Shown here: positions 1 to 5,373 of the stretch, one piece after another
How positions within the stretch are numbered: position 1 is the stretch's first letter
Layout of the letters: each line of letters opens with the position of its first letter
From: Thermoplasmata archaeon
GTDB lineage: Archaea; Thermoplasmatota; Penumbrarchaeia; JAEHCK01; GCA-020356005
Direction: 5' to 3'
Assembly (NCBI GenBank): GCA_020356005.1
Contig: CP070629.1
Span: forward strand, 268,962-275,236
DNA length: 6,275 nucleotides
Notes under the pieces: generated by a model
Told to the model about the DNA's origin: nothing
Databases searched by the model: none
The model's input: only the letters and a program-made list of their open reading frames with translations
Translations under genes and position numbers: made by a program

Positions 1-12
1 CGGAAGAAGAAG

Positions 13-336
13 ATGGAAACCGTTACTGAACAGCAAGGTGAGTTATCTGCATTCGATAAAATGACAGTGGGGCAGGTACAATTAGGACCGAAAGGTGAAG
101 GCCCAGTAAGTCCGTCAACCCAGCCCGTTGCCGGGGAAGGGCCGAGGGTTATCAGTATCAAAGCAGGGCTTTCTCAGGTGGGTGCTCACCCAGATGACAG
201 CTCCGGTTTGATCAGCTGTCCAACATGCTCGCATAAATTCAAAATCCCACAGAGATATGCATCAGCTATAGATAAAAAACAGCACATACAGCTTACCTGT
301 CCGAAATGTAAGACAAGAATTAGTCGACGTTCATGA
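13..336 (+). CDS. Small zinc-ribbon protein with a C-terminal CPxC-X23-CPxC (MJ0042-like zinc finger) and a low-complexity N-terminal part; possibly truncated at the 5' end by the window edge
   Basis: ORF 13-336. The same frame is open from nt 1 (RKKK precedes the ATG), so the true start may lie upstream of the window. Cys pairs C69/C72 (nt 217-228) and C96/C99 (nt 298-309) sit in ISCPTCSHKFKIP...LTCPKCKTRI, a two-knuckle zinc-ribbon pattern. Stop TGA 334-336 is followed directly by T5 (337-341), an archaeal-type termination signal. Confidence 0.6.
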   Translation: METVTEQQGELSAFDKMTVGQVQLGPKGEGPVSPSTQPVAGEGPRVISIKAGLSQVGAHPDDSSGLISCPTCSHKFKIPQRYASAIDKKQHIQLTCPKCKTRISRRS

Positions 337-380
337 TTTTTGATTAATTATAAATTGATTATAGAGGTGCGGTACACGTT

Positions 381-625
381 GAGCGGTTGCGAAGGGCGTA
401 CCGATTAACGGTTGCGATACTCGTCTCGTAAAACGGAATCGAGGCCCGTCTCGTTATAAGGGCTCGAGGCTCGTCTCGTGATTTGTGCCTCGGTATTGGG
501 TGCTTAACTTAAACGACACACGAGACGACTCACCAGTACGATCCACCAGACGAGCTTCCACCCCGACAAGCGAGACGAATAACGAAACCGCAGGACGTTA
601 CGCCCCTCGCAAACGCAAACCGCTG
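381..625. repeat. Dyad-symmetric non-coding element: three 25-bp iterons (420-444, 445-469, 470-493) mirrored by three inverted iterons (505-529, 530-554, 555-579), plus outer inverted boxes (389-400 / 599-610); symmetry axis at 499/500
   Basis: Hand alignment of 381-493 against the reverse complement of 505-625. TCGTCTCGTG 471-480 pairs perfectly with CACGAGACGA 519-528. TCGTCTCG 421-428 pairs perfectly with CGAGACGA 571-578. CGTCT 447-451 pairs with AGACG 548-552. GCGAAGGGCGTA 389-400 matches TACGCCCCTCGC 599-610 at 11/12. All pairs are equidistant from 499/500. The region is about 55 percent GC, against about 21 percent GC in 721-840. Weak symmetry may extend to about 366-645. Confidence 0.8.
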
Positions 626-724
626 AATAGTTGCCCACACCGACCAGAAGAAAATGATTTCGAGGTGTAGGGCCGTGCCGTCAAATTGATGAAAAATTAA
701 TTCGCCCTTCTGGTATCAATTATT

Positions 725-840
725 AAGCTTATATAAGCAGTCAAAAATCTTAATAAATCAACATAACTTTAAATACAATCCAACTAAATCTTTATAACCT
801 ACCTTTATTTTTTAGATAACTATATTTAATCTCCTAAGAT
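725..840 (+). promoter_or_regulatory. AT-rich promoter region of the aldolase-like/mtnA operon, with candidate archaeal TATA boxes
   Basis: 721-840 is about 21 percent GC by hand count. TATATTTA at 821-828 is centred about 25 nt upstream of ATG 850, which would give a leaderless or near-leaderless mRNA. There is also a perfect 12-bp palindrome GCTTATATAAGC at 727-738 centred on TATATA, and TTTATAAC at 791-798. No Shine-Dalgarno-like sequence precedes 841 or 850. Confidence 0.35.
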
Positions 841-849
841 GTGAACTCT

Positions 850-1467
850 ATGCAGAGCCGAGATCCGTACCAATCCGAAATATTCTTCCTGGGTGTACAG
901 GAGATCGATGCTGAACCGTTACAAGAGATCAACGAGAACCTCATACGGCTAGAAGAGCTTTCTGAGCGGAATCACCCCGAGTTCGTTATTGCATCATTGA
1001 GCGTACGCTGGGGTAAGAAATTCTATTTGTCAACCGGCGAGGTTGTCAACACCCCTGTGAACCCGAATGATTTCGTCGAAATCGTCGATTACGACCCTGT
1101 CAGGAATTCGGCGCTCGCCGTAGGCAAAACAGGACCAAATGAGGATATGCCCTTCCACTGGTTCTCTTACCGCACATTCCCGCATATTAACGGCATCGCA
1201 GTTGTCAAATTATTGGTTGATATTGATATTGACAAATTTGTGGATATTAAAAGCATAGATTCGGAGATCAAGCTTTTCCAGCCAGATATTATTTTGAATA
1301 TTTTACCGCATATGAAAGAGGGATCGAGTATAAATCTCCTGGGAAAGGGTATAGCTTTTTATAATAATTCATTCAAGGATTTATTTTCTGAATTGATACA
1401 ATTTTTTAAGAACCTTGAGAGTCATTTACCGAAAGAGGAATCGGAACAAAAAGGTGCTGATAAATGA
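850..1467 (+). CDS. Diverged class II aldolase/adducin-fold protein (MtnB/FucA-like) lacking the zinc-ligand histidines; function unknown
   Basis: The ORF track starts at GTG 841. ATG 850 is preferred because of the TATA-like box at 821-828. By-eye alignment to the class II aldolase pattern (numbering from 841): SLSVRWGKKFYLSTGE resembles GNxSxR..xxITPSG; DFVEIVDYD resembles the xVxxD strand; PNEDMPFHWFSYRTFP...IAVVK aligns residue for residue with E. coli FucA PSSEWRFHMAAYQSRP...AVVH; NLLGKGIAFYNNSFKDLFSELIQ resembles LLxxHGxxxxGxxLxxAxxxxExxE. The stop overlaps the mtnA start (ATGA at 1464-1467). Confidence 0.75.
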   Translation: MQSRDPYQSEIFFLGVQEIDAEPLQEINENLIRLEELSERNHPEFVIASLSVRWGKKFYLSTGEVVNTPVNPNDFVEIVDYDPVRNSALAVGKTGPNEDMPFHWFSYRTFPHINGIAVVKLLVDIDIDKFVDIKSIDSEIKLFQPDIILNILPHMKEGSSINLLGKGIAFYNNSFKDLFSELIQFFKNLESHLPKEESEQKGADK

Positions 1468-2498
1468 AGGTAAAGCTCGGTGGCGAAATCAAGAATTATC
1501 CGGCGGTGTGGCTGAAGGATGATGTTGTCAAATTCATAGACCAGCGCGCACTACCTCACGAATTTACTATTTTTGAGGCCAGAAGCTACCAGGATGTGGC
1601 AGAAGCCATAAACACAATGATCGTGCGCGGTGCACCCGCCATCGGCGTGGCCGCAGCTTACGGAATGGCGCTGGCAGCGAGGCAGCCTGACGCATCATTG
1701 GAATCCGCATCAGAGGTGTTATTTGCAACGCGGCCAACGGCATATGATCTGGACTTTGCTTTGAATTATATGAAGGACGCGTGCGGGACCGAATCTGTTT
1801 CAGCAGAGAAAGCAGCCGAAGCAGCAAGGTCCTATGCTGATAAAATAATAGAACGATGTAAAAAGATCGGTGAAAATGGCGAAGGGTTGATTAAAGATGG
1901 AATGAACATTCTAACTCACTGCAATGCAGGTGCACTGGCAACTGTTGAATACGGTACCGCTTTAGCGCCCATGCGCCTTGCAGCCGGGAAAGGAAAAAAG
2001 TTCTTTGTTTATGTGGACGAAACCCGTCCTCGTTTACAGGGAGCCAAATTAACCGCGTGGGAACTGAACAACGAGGACATTCCATGCGCGGTAATCGCCG
2101 ATAATGCCGCCGGGTATTACATGAAGAATAAAGATATCGATATTGTAATTACAGGTGCAGATAGAATTGCCGCTCTTGGTGACGCCGCAAATAAGATCGG
2201 CACATATGAAAAAGCGGTTCTGGCAAAGGAGAACGGGATTCCATTCTATATCGCAGCGCCTGTTAGTACTTTTGATGCAGATATACAAAAAGGAGAGGAT
2301 ATCCCCATCGAGAACAGGGACCCTGAAGAGGTTCTTGAGCTGGACGGCAGGAAAATAACACCAGAGGGCGTGGATGCCAAGAACCCGGCTTTCGATGTAA
2401 CCCCGGCGAAATATATTGAGGGATTCATAACAGAAATTGGAATTCTAAAACCCGATCAACTAAAAGATACTATTTTTTCTAAAAAGATTTCATTTTAA
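1464..2498 (+). CDS. mtnA: S-methyl-5-thioribose-1-phosphate isomerase (MtnA; eIF-2B alpha/beta/delta-like family)
   Basis: 344-aa ORF with MtnA hallmark blocks: FIDQRALPHE, MIVRGAPAIGVAAAYGMALAA, THCNAGALAT (Cys at nt 1920-1922), DETRPRLQGAKLTAWEL, GADRIAALGDAANKIGTY (Asp at nt 2160-2162) and NPAFDVTPAKYI. Its ATG overlaps the upstream stop by 4 nt. Confidence 0.9.
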   Translation: MKVKLGGEIKNYPAVWLKDDVVKFIDQRALPHEFTIFEARSYQDVAEAINTMIVRGAPAIGVAAAYGMALAARQPDASLESASEVLFATRPTAYDLDFALNYMKDACGTESVSAEKAAEAARSYADKIIERCKKIGENGEGLIKDGMNILTHCNAGALATVEYGTALAPMRLAAGKGKKFFVYVDETRPRLQGAKLTAWELNNEDIPCAVIADNAAGYYMKNKDIDIVITGADRIAALGDAANKIGTYEKAVLAKENGIPFYIAAPVSTFDADIQKGEDIPIENRDPEEVLELDGRKITPEGVDAKNPAFDVTPAKYIEGFITEIGILKPDQLKDTIFSKKISF

Positions 2499-2514
2499 GA
2501 AATTTGAATTTCGA

Positions 2515-2537
2515 ATCCTTTCGGAAGAGGAAAGGAT
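2515..2537 (+). other. Perfect 8-bp stem / 7-nt loop hairpin downstream of mtnA, immediately preceding the solo repeat copy
   Basis: ATCCTTTC (2515-2522) and GAAAGGAT (2530-2537) are exact reverse complements, with loop GGAAGAG. The hairpin lies 17 nt after the mtnA stop (TAA 2496-2498), between convergent genes. Whether it acts as a terminator is unknown, since archaeal termination mainly uses oligo-T. Confidence 0.4.
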
Positions 2538-2587
2538 GAGACGAACTTCGCTTCCGCTTTACGTTACGCCCCTCGCCACCGCTAAAC
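2538..2587 (+). repeat. Solo partial copy of the outer right arm of the 381-625 dyad element, in the same orientation
   Basis: GAGACGAA (2538-2545), then N15, then ACGTTACGCCCCTCGC (2561-2576), then CACCGCT (2577-2583). The right arm of the dyad element has GAGACGAA (572-579), N15, the identical 16-mer (595-610), then AACCGCT (618-624). The 6-nt duplication CGCAAACGCAAA seen at 608-619 is absent from this copy. Confidence 0.75.
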
Positions 2588-2640
2588 GTTAGGCGCTCTT
2601 CTATAATCGATTAAAAAGCTTATAGTTTTAGCTTATAATT

Positions 2641-3348
2641 TCACTTAATTATCTCAATGCCTCTTGTAGTTATTGTAAATGGATGCATAGACGTGTCATG
2701 CCAGGTGTGACGCATTTTTCGGACCACAAGCGAACGGCTCAATTTACCCTCAACTTCTTTTAAACCCAGGAGAATGAATGAATCCGCAACGTACTCCTCC
2801 ACTTCGAACCGTGTGGTGGAATCATGTGTGGATTCAGTAATAAGAACCGCCGTGATTTTGTTCGATTTAAGAAACCTGACGAAATTAATAAGACTTCGCC
2901 GGAATTCTTCACGTGATACATAAAACGCACCGACGGCACTGACAGAATCGATCACTATTCGTTTGGCCTTGCTCAACTTGATAAGGTTCTGGAGCAGGTC
3001 CGTAATGCTGCGGAAGCCGTTGACCTTGGTGCTGCCCCGCCCGTCCGCTTCGGGCTCACCCAAATCGATAAGAAATAATTTACCGGTACTTATCAGCTGC
3101 TCCACATCCATGCCGTGGGCATTCATTGTGGCCTTTACACTTTCACTCCCCTCTTCCAGTGTGATGAATATCCCGGGCTCGTTAAAGCCCTTTGCACCGT
3201 TGTAAAGATACTGCATAGCGAAAAGACTTTTTCCTGAACCGGCCGGGCCGCTTACAAGGGTAATTGTATTTTCAATCAACCCCCCGTCCATAATATTATC
3301 TAAGCCAGGAATGCCAGTTCGAACTCGGGTTAAGGGTGCCATAGGCAT
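2641..3348 (-). CDS. Single-domain KaiC-like / RecA-superfamily ATPase (COG0467-type, KaiC/RAD55 family)
   Basis: 235-aa ORF. The N-terminus has TGIPGLDNIMDGGL followed by Walker A GPAGSGKS (nt 3226-3249). The KaiC-type FITLEEG acidic pair and a Walker B-like RIVIDSVS are present. Length matches one KaiC domain. On the minus strand a T5 run (complement of A5 at 2613-2617) follows the stop. Confidence 0.85.
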   Translation of the reverse strand: MPMAPLTRVRTGIPGLDNIMDGGLIENTITLVSGPAGSGKSLFAMQYLYNGAKGFNEPGIFITLEEGSESVKATMNAHGMDVEQLISTGKLFLIDLGEPEADGRGSTKVNGFRSITDLLQNLIKLSKAKRIVIDSVSAVGAFYVSREEFRRSLINFVRFLKSNKITAVLITESTHDSTTRFEVEEYVADSFILLGLKEVEGKLSRSLVVRKMRHTWHDTSMHPFTITTRGIEIIK

Positions 3349-3467
3349 TTTTCACACACTCTTAAAACACGCACTTAAAATATACATTTGTATTATTTTA
3401 ATGTTCCTATAAATATTTAATACGCTTTTTTTCAGAAAGCATTTTAAATTTGAATTAACATTCCAAA
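3349..3467. promoter_or_regulatory. AT-rich divergent promoter region between the KaiC-like gene (-) and argS (+)
   Basis: TTTTAAAT at 3443-3450 is centred about 25 nt upstream of the argS ATG 3471, suggesting a leaderless transcript. An alternative box is TATAAATA at 3408-3415. On the minus strand, TATATTTTAA (complement of 3375-3384) is centred about 32 nt upstream of the KaiC-like ATG (3348), suggesting a very short leader. No Shine-Dalgarno-like motif precedes either start. Confidence 0.35.
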
Positions 3468-3470
3468 GTG

Positions 3471-5243
3471 ATGACCGAGCCCACTTCAAAATTCGATAAC
3501 AGCTTCGAATCGGTAGACCCGCTGGCAAATTACAGGAACACCTGTTCGCAACTTCTGGAGAGCGCGGTAATGGAGTTTAAGGTTAAAAAGGTGCCGCAGA
3601 TGGAGATACCGACATCACCTGAACTCGCAGATTTTGCATACCCGTGTTTTTCCCTGGCAAAGGATCTTAAATTACCGCCGCAAAAAATTGCTGAAATGTT
3701 ATTAAATAAAATCGGCGCAGTTGAAAATTTAAAAATATCAGCGGTAAAGGGCTACTTGAATTTTAAAATCAACCTTAAGCCGCTGGCTGGTGCTACTATA
3801 CCTCTGATACTAAAAGAGAAACAGGAGTACGGTACATTTCCAAATATCGGCAAGCGGATAATTCTGGAGCACACCAGCGCCAATCCCAACGGACCGTTCC
3901 ATGTAGGGCGGGCGCGCAACCCGATCATCGGTGATACGCTGGCGCGGTTATTACGAAAGGTTGGATATGAGGTTGAGGTACAGTACTGGGTTAACGATAT
4001 GGGCAAGCAGGCCGCCATACTCGGCTGGGGCGTTCAAAACCTAAGCGGAGATTCCCTGCCGGCTGCCGGCTCAACCAAGAAGGACCATGAGCTGGTCAGG
4101 TACTACCAAAGCGCTTATAAGAAAATGGAAGAGGACCCGGATGTTGAAGGTGTAATCACCAGGATGATCCAATCCTACGAACGAGGCGACATCGATGAAT
4201 TGAATAAACTTAAAAAGCCCTGTTCGGATGTTCTGGCGGGGATGGTGGAATCGCTGGAAAGAATGAATATTTTCGTTGACAAATTCGTCTGGGAATCGGA
4301 ATCGGTACTGGACGGGGGCGTTGATGAAGTTATTGCGAAATTGAAGAAATCGAAAATCACAAAAGAAGAAGAAGGGGCATATTACCTGGACCTGGAGGGC
4401 TATGAGCTCGGCGGCAAGACCAGCAGGTTCGTTTTTACCCGCAGCGACGGGACATCACTTTATACAACCAGAGACCTAGCATATCACTGGAACAAACTTC
4501 AGAACTGTGATATCGCCATCAATATCCTCGGAGAGGATCATAAGCTCCAGGCCAGGCAGCTGGAGATCGCACTGAAGATTATGGGTATGGAGCATGTACC
4601 AGAGGTGGTGTTCTACTCGTTTGTATCGCTGGAGGAGGGGAAGATGTCCACCAGGAAGGGTCAGGTGGTATACCTGGATGACCTGATGGAGGAAGCTGCC
4701 GCACGGGCGAGAAAGGAGGTGGAGACCAGGCGCCCTGAACTGCCTGATGATAAGAAGAGTGAAATTGCGGATGTAGTTGGGCTGGGTGCCATTCGCTATA
4801 ATTTGATTCGGGTTCAGCCCGAGAAGAAAATCGTATTTAAGTGGATGGATGCGCTGAATTTCGAAGGCAACAGTGCACCCTTTGTACAGTACTCCCATGC
4901 GCGGGCCTGCAGTATTTTACGAAAAGCGGAAGAAATGCTGGCAGGGTATTCGGATTATTCAACAGATCTTCTGGACAGCCCCGCGGAAGATGAACTGATA
5001 CGAAATCTGGCGCGGCTGCCGTCTCTAATCCATGAATGCGCACATACGAGAAAACCCCATCCCGTTGCGGCATACGCATACAAAACCGCCGCGCTGTTCA
5101 ACCAATTTTACAAGGACTGCCCGGTTCTACCGGCAGAATCAGATGAGCTGAGGGCCTCCAGACTCGCTCTTGTAGAAGCCTCCAGGTGGGCACTGGCTGT
5201 GGCTCTGGACTTGATTGGTATTAACGCACCTGAACAGATGTGA
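3471..5243 (+). CDS. argS: Arginine--tRNA ligase (arginyl-tRNA synthetase, class I)
   Basis: The ORF track starts at GTG 3468; the adjacent ATG 3471 is the more likely start. It has the HIGH-region block EHTSANPNGPFHVGRARNPIIGD (nt 3867-3935), the ArgRS-type MSTRKG motif in place of KMSKS (nt 4644-4661), YTTRDLAYH, a DALR-like anticodon-binding C-terminal domain, and the typical ArgRS C-terminal Met (..NAPEQM). The stop is followed by TTTT at 5262-5265. Confidence 0.93.
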   Translation: MTEPTSKFDNSFESVDPLANYRNTCSQLLESAVMEFKVKKVPQMEIPTSPELADFAYPCFSLAKDLKLPPQKIAEMLLNKIGAVENLKISAVKGYLNFKINLKPLAGATIPLILKEKQEYGTFPNIGKRIILEHTSANPNGPFHVGRARNPIIGDTLARLLRKVGYEVEVQYWVNDMGKQAAILGWGVQNLSGDSLPAAGSTKKDHELVRYYQSAYKKMEEDPDVEGVITRMIQSYERGDIDELNKLKKPCSDVLAGMVESLERMNIFVDKFVWESESVLDGGVDEVIAKLKKSKITKEEEGAYYLDLEGYELGGKTSRFVFTRSDGTSLYTTRDLAYHWNKLQNCDIAINILGEDHKLQARQLEIALKIMGMEHVPEVVFYSFVSLEEGKMSTRKGQVVYLDDLMEEAAARARKEVETRRPELPDDKKSEIADVVGLGAIRYNLIRVQPEKKIVFKWMDALNFEGNSAPFVQYSHARACSILRKAEEMLAGYSDYSTDLLDSPAEDELIRNLARLPSLIHECAHTRKPHPVAAYAYKTAALFNQFYKDCPVLPAESDELRASRLALVEASRWALAVALDLIGINAPEQM

Positions 5244-5311
5244 ATTACCAGACCGCTCTGATTTTACATTGATTCATAATGCTATAAGACCACTACAAAG
5301 AGAATATGAAA

Positions 5312-5373
5312 ATAGTCGTTGTGAGATCGCTCTGATATCATGCAGATTATAGTCGCTGTGAGAGGGCTCTAAT
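5312..5373. repeat. Imperfect 25-nt direct repeat in the spacer between convergent genes
   Basis: ATAGTCGTTGTGAGATCGCTCTGAT (5312-5336) and ATAGTCGCTGTGAGAGGGCTCTAAT (5349-5373) match at 21/25, with a period of 37 nt. CGCTCTGAT also occurs at 5254-5262. Confidence 0.6.

Noticed and set aside
420-493. CRISPR-like appearance of three ~25-nt direct repeats
   Set aside because: The units are contiguous with no unique spacers, number only three, are degenerate in their 3' halves, and are mirrored by an inverted set. There are no cas genes in the window.
366-660. Possibility that the ~290-nt imperfect palindrome is the archaeal SRP (7S) RNA or RNase P RNA
   Set aside because: SRP RNA also folds as a long rod, but I find no helix-8 type GGAAGCAGC / GNAR motif and no Alu-domain motifs. 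The internal 25-nt periodicity and poor spacer complementarity are not SRP-like. No RNase P CR-I/CR-V blocks are present either.
485-670. 61-aa ORF (GTG start) inside the dyad element
   Set aside because: It lies entirely within the right arm of the inverted repeat. It has a GTG start with no promoter or RBS context, and an R/T/P/S-rich low-complexity product that simply reflects the repeated CGAGACG cores. It is most likely a chance open frame.
839-850. Alternative starts for the aldolase-like ORF (ATG 839, GTG 841, ATG 850)
   Set aside because: ATG 839 is followed immediately by TGA in its frame. GTG 841 is possible, but ATG 850 fits the spacing from the TATATTTA box (821-828) for a leaderless mRNA. 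The choice remains uncertain by 3 codons.
1567-2428. Antisense or off-frame ORFs within mtnA (1567-1827, 1891-2085, 2049-2288, 2246-2428 on the minus strand; 2155-2358 on the plus strand)
   Set aside because: All are nested in the strongly supported mtnA frame, and their products are Cys/Arg/Leu-rich nonsense without motifs.
2510-2518. TTCGAATCC, resembling a tRNA T-loop
   Set aside because: The flanking bases cannot form a T stem, and no acceptor, D or anticodon arms can be drawn around it. It is part of the hairpin region downstream of mtnA.
2527-2535. GAGGAAAGG, resembling the RNase P CR-I motif GAGGAAAGUCC
   Set aside because: The match ends after 8 nt and the segment forms one side of the local 8-bp hairpin. 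No other RNase P conserved regions are nearby.
2963-3205. 80-aa plus-strand ORF opposite the KaiC-like gene
   Set aside because: It is an antisense shadow of a CDS that has clear Walker motifs, and it has no features of its own.
3897-3911. ArgRS HIGH-region reads PFHVGR instead of the more familiar P(L)HxGH
   Set aside because: It could hint at an atypical active site. However, ArgRS signature motifs are variable, as shown by MSTR replacing KMSKS, and I cannot check lineage conservation without an alignment. I do not treat it as a finding.
3752-5079. Minus-strand ORFs inside argS (3752-4018, 4175-4360, 4476-4898, 4837-5079)
   Set aside because: They are antisense shadows of a full-length, motif-complete ArgRS frame.
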